A DNA stretch of 64,000 bases, taken from NCBI GenBank assembly GCA_040877625.1, contig JBBDNK010000001.1:88370-152369 (forward strand), read 5' to 3'. The notes beneath the pieces are model-generated. The model saw only the letters and a program-made list of their open reading frames with translations. It did no database searches and was not told the origin of the DNA. The position numbers were made by a program, and so were the translations under genes. This DNA comes from Aquisalimonadaceae bacterium. Lineage in GTDB: Bacteria; Pseudomonadota; Gammaproteobacteria; Nitrococcales; Aquisalimonadaceae. The number at the start of each line of letters is the position of its first letter. Within the stretch, counting starts at the first letter, position 1. Positions 33,240 through 41,914 of the stretch are shown here, one piece after another.

Positions 33240-34349
33240 ATGGAAAACTCCCGCCTCGCAAATGACTACACCACGGACGAAATGGCCGCGCTGGCCTTGA
33301 ACATTCGCCGCTGGGGAAAGGCCCTGGGTTTTCAGCAGGTCGGCTTCACCGACACCGACCTGTCCGCGGCCGAGCCCCAGTTTCTACAGTGGCTGGAGCG
33401 CGGCTTTCACGGCGACATGCGCTACATGGCCAGACACGGCCAGCGACGGACACGGCCCCAGGAGCTGGTACCGGGGACGCTGCGGGTAATTTCCGCGCGA
33501 ATGGATTATCTACCCTCCGACGCGTCCGATTCAGACACCGTCATGGCGGACGGCACTCGGGGGTTCGTGGCTCGCTATGCGCTGGGGCGGGACTATCACA
33601 AGCTGATGCGCAAACGCCTGCAACAGCTTGCCGACCGGATCACCGAAGCCTGCGGCGCCTTCGGTTACCGGGTTTTCGTCGATAGCGCGCCGGTGCTGGA
33701 AAAGCCGCTGGCGGAAAAGGCCGGCCTGGGCTGGATCGGCAAGCATACCCTGCTCATCAATCGCCAGGCGGGTTCATGGTTTTTCCTGGGCGAGCTTTAT
33801 ACCGATCTCCCCCTGCCGGTGGACCACGCCGCCCGCGGCCATTGCGGAAGTTGCACGGCCTGTCTTGACATCTGCCCAACCGATGCAATCGTGGCGCCAT
33901 ACCAGCTTGATGCCCGTCGCTGTATCTCCTATTTTACGATCGAATCGCACGGCCCCATTCCGGAGGCATTCCGGTCTTTGATGGGCAACCGCATTTTCGG
34001 CTGTGACGACTGCCAGCTCGTCTGCCCCTGGAACAAATTTGCGCGCCCCACCAGCGAATCGGATTTCCGGCCGCGGCACGGACTGGACACGCCCGATCTG
34101 ATCACTCTGTTCGGCTGGACCGAGGCGGAGTTTCTCCGTCTGACCGAAGGTTCCGCCATTCGCCGCCTGGGGCATGAACGCTGGCTGCGCAATCTGGCCG
34201 TGGCGCTAGGCAACGCGCCGACCTCAGCCGCCGTCATCAGTGCCCTTGAAGCGCGTTGGGAGTACCCATCCGAACTGGTGCGGGAGCACGTGAGCTGGGC
34301 CCTGACCCAACACCATGGCAGACTTGACAACGAAGGAGCCGCCGTATGA
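33240..34349 (+). CDS. queG: Epoxyqueuosine reductase
   Basis: 369 aa with ferredoxin-type clusters CGSCTACLDICP and CDDCQLVCP, and a HEAT-like C-terminus. Divergent from nnr, as in E. coli (yjeS). Confidence 0.9.
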   Translation: MENSRLANDYTTDEMAALALNIRRWGKALGFQQVGFTDTDLSAAEPQFLQWLERGFHGDMRYMARHGQRRTRPQELVPGTLRVISARMDYLPSDASDSDTVMADGTRGFVARYALGRDYHKLMRKRLQQLADRITEACGAFGYRVFVDSAPVLEKPLAEKAGLGWIGKHTLLINRQAGSWFFLGELYTDLPLPVDHAARGHCGSCTACLDICPTDAIVAPYQLDARRCISYFTIESHGPIPEAFRSLMGNRIFGCDDCQLVCPWNKFARPTSESDFRPRHGLDTPDLITLFGWTEAEFLRLTEGSAIRRLGHERWLRNLAVALGNAPTSAAVISALEARWEYPSELVREHVSWALTQHHGRLDNEGAAV

Positions 34350-35188
34350 AGGAGCCACTTTCCGGCCTTCGCATCGCCGTACCCGAAAGCCGGGAACTGG
34401 ATCTATTCGCCCGTATGCTTGAAGAGCGTGGTGCCGCTACCCTGCGTTGCCCACTGGTGGCCATTCGCGACACACCGGACGCCGACGTGGTGGAAAGCTG
34501 GTTGGATCGCTTCATCGCCACGCCTCCGGACTGGCTGATTCTGCTCACCGGCGAAGGTCTCTACCGTCTGGTCGGGTTTGCGGAGCGTGGCGGACGCCTG
34601 GACATCTTTCGACAGGCACTGGCTGGTACCCGGACGCTGACCCGCGGCCCGAAGCCGGGGCGAGCCCTTCGCAGCCTCGATCTGCGCCCCGACCTGCTGG
34701 CGGAGAGCCCCACTACCGCGGGCGTGATCCGTTCCCTGACAACGCTGGACCTGCGTGGTAAGCGGGTTGGGGTACAGCTGTATGGCGAAGAGCCCAACCC
34801 TGAGCTGATGGAGGCGCTGAACAGAGCCGGCGCCGAGACAGACGCCGTCGCGCCCTATATCTACACCCCGGATCTGGATGATCCCGACGTACTCTCCCTG
34901 ATCGATGCGCTGGCGGGCGATACGGTGGATGTCATTGCGTTCACCAGTAAATCCCAAGTCAATCGCCTGTTCGCGATTGCGGACCATGCTGGTCTCCGGG
35001 ACACGCTGACGCAGTCGTTAGGGCGAGTACAAGTGGCTGCGGTGGGGCCTGTCGTGGCACAGACGCTTGCCGACTTCGGGGTACCCGCGGATTTGCAACC
35101 ACGGGACAGTTTCTTCATGAAACCGCTGGTACGGGAACTGATCGCGGCCGCGGGCTCGCGCCGGACACGGAATGGCCCACATACATAA
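34346..35188 (+). CDS. Uroporphyrinogen-III synthase family (HemD-like) protein
   Basis: 280 aa with a two-lobed HemD-like pattern (LSGLRIAVPESRE...LEERGA..LRCPLVAI; a second half with VDVIAFTSKSQV). The ATGA start overlaps the queG stop. Confidence 0.65.
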   Translation: MKEPLSGLRIAVPESRELDLFARMLEERGAATLRCPLVAIRDTPDADVVESWLDRFIATPPDWLILLTGEGLYRLVGFAERGGRLDIFRQALAGTRTLTRGPKPGRALRSLDLRPDLLAESPTTAGVIRSLTTLDLRGKRVGVQLYGEEPNPELMEALNRAGAETDAVAPYIYTPDLDDPDVLSLIDALAGDTVDVIAFTSKSQVNRLFAIADHAGLRDTLTQSLGRVQVAAVGPVVAQTLADFGVPADLQPRDSFFMKPLVRELIAAAGSRRTRNGPHT

Positions 35189-35222
35189 AAGCCCCGGCCT
35201 GCTCGCCACAATTGCACTCGAT

Positions 35223-35265
35223 CACACGCAAACAGGCCCCGCAAGGCGGGGCCTGTTTGCGTGTG
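35223..35265. terminator. Perfect 19-bp hairpin between convergent hemD-like and panD genes
   Basis: CACACGCAAACAGGCCCCG (35223-35241) pairs with CGGGGCCTGTTTGCGTGTG (35247-35265), with a 5-nt loop. No U-run follows on either strand. Confidence 0.55.
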
Positions 35266-35292
35266 CAGTCGCACCGGCGCCGGAACGCCGGC

Positions 35293-35673
35293 CTATGCAA
35301 CCTGCAAGGGGATATCCCGGCGAAGGCCGGTAATGTTGTTATCGCCGTCGCAGTAAACCAGCGTCGGCTTGAATTCAGGAAGGTCTTTCTCGTCTACGAC
35401 GCCGTAAGCGCAGATAATGACACGGTCCCCCTCATTGGCCTTGTGGGCCGCGGCACCGTTCATTGAAATCATGCGAGACCCTTTCTCGCCACGGATGGCA
35501 TAGGTGGTGAAACGCTCGCCGTTGGCCAGGTTGTAGACCTGAATCTGCTCATATTCCACCAGACCAGCGGCATCCATTAGCTCCGCATCTATGGCGCACG
35601 AGCCTTCGTAGTCCAGTTCGGTCTGCGTGACCCGAGCCTGATGAAGCTTGCATTTCAACATGTGCAACTGCAT
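35293..35673 (-). CDS. panD: Aspartate 1-decarboxylase
   Basis: 126 aa starting [29 protein letters not shown] (Gly-Ser self-processing site). Confidence 0.96.
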   Translation of the reverse strand: MQLHMLKCKLHQARVTQTELDYEGSCAIDAELMDAAGLVEYEQIQVYNLANGERFTTYAIRGEKGSRMISMNGAAAHKANEGDRVIICAYGVVDEKDLPEFKPTLVYCDGDNNITGLRRDIPLQVA

Positions 35674-35741
35674 GTGTGGACCCCCTTTTCAGGGTTACCT
35701 TCTGTCTTCCATACCGGATCAGCATGGACCGTGATCGCCTT

Positions 35742-35773
35742 GGGAGGCACTGACCTTCAACCCTGTGTCTCCC
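35742..35773. repeat. Inverted pair of GGGAGRCACWG cores (related to the GGAGACACTG repeat)
   Basis: GGGAGGCACTG (35742-35752) and CTGTGTCTCCC (35763-35773) form a 9-bp stem plus one G:U pair, with a 10-nt loop, in the panC-panD spacer. Confidence 0.5.
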
Positions 35774-35815
35774 TTCCCACACACCTCATCGTGCAGGGCA
35801 GCATAGTATCCATAG

Positions 35816-36679
35816 TTACCCCGGTCGGTTCAATCGGAGTTCGAGATTATCTATCAATCGGGCGTGCCCAAACCGCGCCGCGACGAGGATGACCAGATCG
35901 AAATCGTCCCGGTGTGCCGGTTCCAGCCCCCCCTGGCTTCGAATGCTCAGGTACTCGACTTCAATTCCGTCAGCCGCGAGTTGATCGCAGCCTATCTTTT
36001 CCAGCGTAGCGTAATTCCGCTCACCCGCCTGAATTCGTTCCGATATCATGCACAGCGCCCGATAGAGCGCTGGAGCCCGCGCGCGCTGGTCGGCGCTCAG
36101 ATAACGATTGCGGGAGCTCATGGCCAGGCCGTCGGCTTCCCTGACAGTGGCAACACCCTTCACCTCCACCGCCATGTTCAGATCGCGGACCATACGGCTG
36201 ATGACCTGCAGTTGCTGATAATCCTTGCGGCCGAACAGCGCCACATCGGGCTGTACCAGGTTGAACAGCTTGGCCACGACCGTGGCGACGCCCTCGAAAT
36301 GACCAGGTCTGGCCAGGCCGCAGAGTCTGTCGGACAGGGGTGTAACGGAAATGCGCGTCGGCAGCTCCAGGCCATCCGGGTACATCACTTTTACTGACGG
36401 CGCGAACAGCGTCAGCGATGCCTGCACCGCACCGAGGTAATCACGATCCGCTTCCAGGGTGCGCGGATAGGCGGCGAAATCCTCGCCCTGTCCGAATTGC
36501 AGCGGATTGACGAAAATACTCACCACGATCTCATCGGCAATATTCACGGCGTCCTGAACCAGGCGCACATGGCCGTCATGGAGATTGCCCATGGTCGGTA
36601 CCAGGGCGATCCGCCGCCCGGCCTGACGCCAGGCACGAACCCGCGCGCGCAATGTCTCTACGTCATGGATGGTCTGCAT
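35816..36679 (-). CDS. panC: Pantoate--beta-alanine ligase
   Basis: 287 aa with PTMGNLHDGH (HIGH-like) and a pantothenate synthetase-like sequence throughout. Confidence 0.95.
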   Translation of the reverse strand: MQTIHDVETLRARVRAWRQAGRRIALVPTMGNLHDGHVRLVQDAVNIADEIVVSIFVNPLQFGQGEDFAAYPRTLEADRDYLGAVQASLTLFAPSVKVMYPDGLELPTRISVTPLSDRLCGLARPGHFEGVATVVAKLFNLVQPDVALFGRKDYQQLQVISRMVRDLNMAVEVKGVATVREADGLAMSSRNRYLSADQRARAPALYRALCMISERIQAGERNYATLEKIGCDQLAADGIEVEYLSIRSQGGLEPAHRDDFDLVILVAARFGHARLIDNLELRLNRPG

Positions 36680-36682
36680 GGC

Positions 36683-37507
36683 TCAGAATGCGTGTTCGGC
36701 GGACGGGAAGGAACCATCCCGAACCGCCGAAACGTAGGCGGCAAGCGCCTCCTGAATACTGCCGGCACCCTGCATGAAATTGCGGGAGAACTTTGGTGTC
36801 TTGCCGGGCGTCAGGCCCAGCATGTCCTGCAGCACCAGAATCTGGCCGTCGCAATCGACACCCGCACCGATACCAATGACCGGCACACGAACGGTACTGG
36901 TAATCCGGGCCCCCAACTCGGCGGGCACACACTCCAGCAGCAGGACATCGGCACCTGCGTCCTGCAATGCTTCGGCATCATGCAGCATGGCGTCCGCCGC
37001 ATCGGCCCCCCGACCCTGCACACGGTAACCGCCCAGCTTGTGCACCGACTGGGGACGCAGACCGAGGTGCGCACAGACCGGGATACCGGTTTCCGACAGC
37101 CGGCGCACCACATCGCACTGCTCGCGGCCGCCCTCGAGTTTGACCATATGGGCACCGCCTTCCTTCATCATGCGCCCGGCATTGCGAAGCGCGTCATCCA
37201 GAGTGGCATGGCTCATGAAAGGCATGTCGACCATCAGCAATGCCCGCCTGACGCCGGCGGCGACGCAGCGTGTGTGGTAAATGATATCGTCCATGGTGAC
37301 GGGCAGCGTGGTGTCGCGGCCCTGCATGACCATGCCGAGGGAATCACCGACCAGAATCACTTCGTTGCCAGCCGCGTCCACGGCGTGCGCGAAACTGTAA
37401 TCATAAGCCGTCAGGCAGGCGATCCGCTCCCCCTGCGCCTTCATCTTCGCCAGCGAGGCTACGGTAATCGGCTTGACCGTCTGCTGATCCAAATTGCCTT
37501 TATACAT
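36683..37507 (-). CDS. panB: 3-methyl-2-oxobutanoate hydroxymethyltransferase
   Basis: 274 aa with LTAYDY, LVGDSLGMV and VKLEGG motifs. Confidence 0.95.
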   Translation of the reverse strand: MYKGNLDQQTVKPITVASLAKMKAQGERIACLTAYDYSFAHAVDAAGNEVILVGDSLGMVMQGRDTTLPVTMDDIIYHTRCVAAGVRRALLMVDMPFMSHATLDDALRNAGRMMKEGGAHMVKLEGGREQCDVVRRLSETGIPVCAHLGLRPQSVHKLGGYRVQGRGADAADAMLHDAEALQDAGADVLLLECVPAELGARITSTVRVPVIGIGAGVDCDGQILVLQDMLGLTPGKTPKFSRNFMQGAGSIQEALAAYVSAVRDGSFPSAEHAF

Positions 37508-37603
37508 AAGCGCATCCCACTCGCTCTTTGCGCCTCCCGAACCGGAGGCACCGAAACGTCGAAAATCTGCTGTCGTGCGGCATTCTAACCGTTTCAGACA
37601 CTA

Positions 37604-38272
37604 TCAGAGAGATATCGGAGCCGGATTGAAATAATGCCTTCCCGTACGGACGGTGCGAAGGCGCTCCAACAGCAGCGCGTAGTCGGCATCGTTGCCGACC
37701 AGATCAATCTCCGCGGCATTGACGATCAGCAAGGCCGCCCGGTCATAGTGGTAGAAGAAGTTCACGTACGCATCACAGAGCCGCTGCAGGTAGTCCGCGC
37801 TGATTTGCTGTTCGTAGGCGATACCGCGCCGCCTGATGCGCTCCATGAGCACGTCAACCGGTGCCTGAAGGTAGATGACCAGATCCGGCGCCCGCACATC
37901 GGGGGCCAGTTGGTCGTAAACCTTCTCATAGAGATCAAACTCCGCGTCGCGCAGGGTCAAGCCGGCAAACATGCGGTCCTTCTCGAACAGAAAATCGGCC
38001 ACCCGGGTCGGCGCGAACAGATCTTCCTGGCGCATGGCACGAAGCTGTTCCGCTCGCTGAAGCAGAAAATGCATCTGCGTCGGGAAAGCCGCATCGCGCG
38101 GGTTCTGGTAGAAGCGCTCCAGAAAAGGATTCTCTTCAGCGCCCTCAAGCAGCAGCTCGGTCTGAAAGGTGGCCGCCAACCGCCTGGCCAGGCTGGTCTT
38201 GCCAACCCCTATGGGGCCTTCCACCACCAGGTAAGCGGGAAGCTCCAGCGCCGTTGGATCAGTATCAGTCAT
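37604..38272 (-). CDS. Deoxynucleoside kinase family protein
   Basis: P-loop EGPIGVGKTS, a dNK-type ERF/DR motif region and an RRG lid. The ATG at 38272 forms an ATGA overlap with the folK stop. The ORF-track start at 38290 is also possible. Confidence 0.8.
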   Translation of the reverse strand: MTDTDPTALELPAYLVVEGPIGVGKTSLARRLAATFQTELLLEGAEENPFLERFYQNPRDAAFPTQMHFLLQRAEQLRAMRQEDLFAPTRVADFLFEKDRMFAGLTLRDAEFDLYEKVYDQLAPDVRAPDLVIYLQAPVDVLMERIRRRGIAYEQQISADYLQRLCDAYVNFFYHYDRAALLIVNAAEIDLVGNDADYALLLERLRTVRTGRHYFNPAPISL

Positions 38273-38775
38273 ATCCGTTCCGACCAGCAAAAATCATGAA
38301 CCCGCAGAAGCTGCTCCGCTGGCAGCGTATTGATCAGATCCCTGACCAGCCCGTGCCCGGGGATATGTGCATCCGGCGCGATATCCGCGAGAGGATACAG
38401 GACAAACCCACGCTGGTGCACACCGGGATGAGGCAATTGCAGACGCGGGTGCGTCAATAATTGCTCACCGTACAGCAGCAGGTCGAGGTCCAGGGTGCGA
38501 GGCCCCCAATGGCGGCTTCGCACCCTCCCCCGGATCGCCTCGATCGACTGAAGTTCATCAAGCAGTTCCAGCGGCGACAGGCGGGTATCCAGAGCCACCA
38601 CGGCATTCAGAAATTCCGGCTGATCCGCAGGCCCCATGGGAGCCGAGCGGTACACCGGGGAGAGCGCGCGGAGCCTGGTATCGGGCAAGCCTGCCATGGC
38701 GATACGGGCAGCGCGGAACTGGGCGGCAGGATCCCCCAGATTGCTCCCCAGCCCAACGTATGCGCGCATGTTCAC
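38269..38775 (-). CDS. folK: 2-amino-4-hydroxy-6-hydroxymethyldihydropteridine diphosphokinase
   Basis: 168 aa with AYVGLGSNLGDP and RHWGPRTLDLDLLLY motifs. Overlaps the pcnB stop by 4 nt. Confidence 0.92.
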   Translation of the reverse strand: MNMRAYVGLGSNLGDPAAQFRAARIAMAGLPDTRLRALSPVYRSAPMGPADQPEFLNAVVALDTRLSPLELLDELQSIEAIRGRVRSRHWGPRTLDLDLLLYGEQLLTHPRLQLPHPGVHQRGFVLYPLADIAPDAHIPGHGLVRDLINTLPAEQLLRVHDFCWSERI

Positions 38776-40190
38776 TGACCACCGCCGGCACCCCCGTCGC
38801 CTCCCGCGGGGCGGCGGCGGCGGCGACGGCGCCGTGGAGGGGGCCGATCACTGGCAGCGCCAACGGCCAGTGCTTCCTGCCCCTCACTGCCCTCCTGAAG
38901 CCGAGTCCAGCTATCGGCGAGTTCCTGCTCCACTTCACCGACGGCGGCACGCAACAGTAGAAAATCGTAAGCCGCGCGGAAGCGCGGATGACTCAGCAGC
39001 CGCTGAGCGCGTTTCCCGCCGGGGCGGCCAAGCCGTGGTTGCAGCAGAAAGATCTCACGCATCGGAATCCCGAAGCGCTTGGGCAGGGCGACCCGTCTGA
39101 GTTGCGCGTCCGCCACATCGCTTACAGCTTCCTGCAAGGCCTGCGGCTCGTTCAGAGCGCGGCTTTCCCGATAGTGAGCGCTGCGCTTTGTAATCGCAGG
39201 CCAAAGTAGCGCCGCAAACAGAAAGGCCGGGGTCACGGGTTTGCCTTCGCTGATGCGCGCATCCGTGTTCTCCAGAGCCCGGGCGATGAAACGCACCCAG
39301 GTGTCGTGCCCGTCCGTCTCCAGAACCTCCTCCGTTTCCGGGAACAACTGCGCGAACAGTCCATAGCGGCGCAATAGCTCGAACGTAGCCAGCCCATGAC
39401 CCGTCATGAACAGTTTGAGGACTTCCTCGAACAGACGTGCCTGGGGGATCTGCTCCAACAGAGTTGCCATCCGCGCAATGGGACTGGCGGTCTGTTCATC
39501 AATGATAAACCCCAACTTGGCGGCAAACCGCACCGCACGCAGCATGCGCACGGCATCCTCGCGGTAGCGCACTTCCGGATCACCAATCAGCCGCAATACG
39601 CCTTCCTGCAGATCCGCCATGCCATTGGCGAAATCCACAATGGAGAAATCGGCAATGTTGTAATACAGGGAGTTGATGGTGAAATCCCGGCGCAGCGCAT
39701 CTTCTTCCACTGTGCCGTATACATTGTCCCGCAGGACTCGGCCGTCCTCCTCGATCCGGACATCGCCGTCATTGCCGGCTTCACCGTCATGCAGAGCGCG
39801 GAAGGTGGCCACTTCGATGATCTCCGGCCCGAAATGCACATGGGCGAGGCGAAACCGCCGACCGATCAGGCGGCAATTCCGGAACAGTGCCTTCACGTCT
39901 TCCGGCAGAGCGTCGGTGGCGATATCGAAGTCCTTCGGCTCCCTCCCCAGAGTCAGATCACGCACGCCGCCACCCACCAGATAGGCCTGGTAGCCCGCGT
40001 TTTTCAGCCGGTAAAGCACTTTAAGGGCATTGTCGCTAATGCTTGCCCGGGAAATGCTGTGCTCGGACCGGGGGATGATTACCGACTGCGGTATGAGGGG
40101 ATTGATCTCTTGTTCGGTCACAGGATTCCGTGCTTGAGCCAAGTTAAGGAGCGCGTATAATACCACCGGCCGCACGGGGTTGCAGAACAC
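38772..40190 (-). CDS. pcnB: Poly(A) polymerase I
   Basis: Contains ISDNALKVLYRLKNAGYQAYLVGGGVRD (nucleotidyltransferase motif) and an Arg-rich C-terminus. The start codon is uncertain: GTG at 40190 is the ORF limit, and homology to E. coli PcnB begins about 35 codons in. Confidence 0.9.
   Translation of the reverse strand: MFCNPVRPVVLYALLNLAQARNPVTEQEINPLIPQSVIIPRSEHSISRASISDNALKVLYRLKNAGYQAYLVGGGVRDLTLGREPKDFDIATDALPEDVKALFRNCRLIGRRFRLAHVHFGPEIIEVATFRALHDGEAGNDGDVRIEEDGRVLRDNVYGTVEEDALRRDFTINSLYYNIADFSIVDFANGMADLQEGVLRLIGDPEVRYREDAVRMLRAVRFAAKLGFIIDEQTASPIARMATLLEQIPQARLFEEVLKLFMTGHGLATFELLRRYGLFAQLFPETEEVLETDGHDTWVRFIARALENTDARISEGKPVTPAFLFAALLWPAITKRSAHYRESRALNEPQALQEAVSDVADAQLRRVALPKRFGIPMREIFLLQPRLGRPGGKRAQRLLSHPRFRAAYDFLLLRAAVGEVEQELADSWTRLQEGSEGQEALAVGAASDRPPPRRRRRRRRPAGGDGGAGGGQ
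40134..40161 (+). promoter_or_regulatory. Sigma-70 promoter of tRNA-Glu
   Basis: TTGAGC-16 nt-TATAAT, 70 nt upstream of tRNA-Glu. It lies antisense within the first codons of the maximal pcnB ORF. Confidence 0.5.
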
Positions 40191-40231
40191 CCCGTTCGCG
40201 GCCTGGCAGTACAGTGTATGGCAAAATCAGC

Positions 40232-40306
40232 GCTCCCTTCGTCTAGTGGTTAGGACGTCGCCCTCTCACGGCGGTAACAGGGGTTCGAATCCCCTAGGGA
40301 GCGCCA
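40232..40306 (+). tRNA. tRNA-Glu (anticodon CTC)
   Basis: 75 nt, GCTCCCTTCGTCTAGTGGTTAGGAC..., with anticodon loop CTCTCAC, T-arm GGTTCGAATCC and encoded CCA. Closely resembles E. coli tRNA-Glu. Confidence 0.93.
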
Positions 40307-40340
40307 TTATTCTCCCGCTCCCAGCGCCGCAAAGTCCAGC

Positions 40341-40808
40341 ATGCCGGTCATGAACGACAGCCAGGATTCCACGGGTCCGACCGCATCCGCCAGTCCTGCC
40401 GGCCTGCTTCGCCGCCTCGCGGCCATGACCTACGATGTCCTGCTGGTGGTCGCGGTGTGGATGATCGGAACGGCGGCCCTGCTGCCATTAACCGGCGGCG
40501 AGACCATCGAGGGCGTCTGGCGCCTGCTCTTTCAGCTCTACGTTCTGGCGTTGACTTTCGCGTTCTTCGCCCTGTTCTGGCTCCACGGCGGGCAGACGCT
40601 CGGCATGAAGGCATGGCGTATCTACGTCGAACGGGCGGACGGCGGCGCGATGACCCTGAAGGACGCGGCCCTGCGTTTCCTGGCTGCCATCCCCTCGCTG
40701 TTGCCGGCCGGCGTGGGCCTGCTCTGGTGTGTGGTGGACCGGCAGCATCAGGCAATGCACGACCGCCTGTCCCGAACACGCGTTGTCCACAGACCCCGGG
40801 ACGCCTGA
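40341..40808 (+). CDS. RDD family membrane protein
   Basis: 155 aa with the RRLAAMTYDVLLV...GQTLGMKAWRI...HDRLSRTRVV pattern of RDD domains and 3 TM helices. It starts 34 nt after tRNA-Glu with no intervening terminator. Confidence 0.7.
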   Translation: MPVMNDSQDSTGPTASASPAGLLRRLAAMTYDVLLVVAVWMIGTAALLPLTGGETIEGVWRLLFQLYVLALTFAFFALFWLHGGQTLGMKAWRIYVERADGGAMTLKDAALRFLAAIPSLLPAGVGLLWCVVDRQHQAMHDRLSRTRVVHRPRDA

Positions 40809-40846
40809 GCACGGCCTCGACCGCACGCATCCTGCGCCGGTTACAT

Positions 40847-41914
40847 TTACCTCACTCGCGTCGTCGCATAGATGGCGAACGCCAGGAATGCCAGGGTGGG
40901 CAGGAATGCGCTTACCGAGGGGGGCAGGCCGTACACGACCCCGAGATGATTGAGGATGCGGTTGGCCAGATAGAATACGACACCGATCATCACCCCGATC
41001 AGAATACGCTGCCCCGCGCCAACCGAGCGCAACGACCCGAAGACCAGCGGTATTGTGAGCAGCAGCATGGTCAGCGTGGCCAGCGGGGTAACAACCTTCA
41101 GCCAAAGTGCCAGACGGTAGCGATCACTTTCCAGTTCGTTGCGCTCCAGGTACCCGACATAGGTCCAGAGCTCCGCCATGGAAAGTGCTTCCGGGTCCAC
41201 CACCACCACGCCCAGCACGTCCGGCAGCAAGGACGATTCCCAGACCATGGAATCGGTACGCTCGCTATCCACCGCCCGATCACCAAAACGATCCGTTACC
41301 ACACGCTCCAGACGCCAGCTGCCGCGCTGCAGATAGTCGGCACGCTCGGCACGCACAACTTGCTGCAGGCGACCGCTGTCGTGGAACGTGTAGATGCGCA
41401 CATCCTCCAGGAGGCGGGCGCTTGGGGCTGCACCCACCTGAACAAAATGCAACCCGTCACGGGCCCAGAATCCGTCCCGACTGAGCCCGGAAACCGCACC
41501 GCCTCTGGCTTGGGCGCGCACCTCCTGCGACATCCGCTCGGCCGCCGGGGCCACGAACTCGCCCAGCAAAGCCGCCAGCGTTGCCAACAGCAGCCCTCCC
41601 AGCACCACCGCCCTGCCAATGCCCAGAACGGACACGCCCGCCGCCCGCATGACCACCAGTTCGCTGCGCGAAGCCAGGGCTCCCAGTGTCATCAGGCTGC
41701 CGATCAGTGTCGCGATCGGGAAGACTTCGTAGGCGCGCTGAGGGCCGCTGAGCCCGACATACATAAGTGCGTGCAGGGCCGTATAGTCCGCGCTGATGTC
41801 GTCGCTTTCCTCGACGAAGGCGAAGATCAGTTCCAGCGACACGAAAACCAGCAACACCACCAGAGAGCCGGCAATCACCGCGCGCGCGATGTAGCGGTCA
41901 AGTATCGAGATCAT
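40847..41914 (-). CDS. lptG: LPS export ABC transporter permease LptG
   Basis: Starts MISILDRYIARAVIAG (YjgP/YjgQ family). The ATG at 41914 forms an ATGA overlap with the lptF stop. The longer ORF-track N-terminus is rejected. Confidence 0.87.
   Translation of the reverse strand: MISILDRYIARAVIAGSLVVLLVFVSLELIFAFVEESDDISADYTALHALMYVGLSGPQRAYEVFPIATLIGSLMTLGALASRSELVVMRAAGVSVLGIGRAVVLGGLLLATLAALLGEFVAPAAERMSQEVRAQARGGAVSGLSRDGFWARDGLHFVQVGAAPSARLLEDVRIYTFHDSGRLQQVVRAERADYLQRGSWRLERVVTDRFGDRAVDSERTDSMVWESSLLPDVLGVVVVDPEALSMAELWTYVGYLERNELESDRYRLALWLKVVTPLATLTMLLLTIPLVFGSLRSVGAGQRILIGVMIGVVFYLANRILNHLGVVYGLPPSVSAFLPTLAFLAFAIYATTRVR

Noticed and set aside
37530-37560. The GCCTCC/GGAGGC hairpin, and GGAGGCAC motifs at 37547 and 61995, as extra members of the repeat family.
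   Set aside because: Only a 6-8-nt SD-like similarity is shared. The copy at 61995 is simply the ribosome-binding site of the DUF481 gene.
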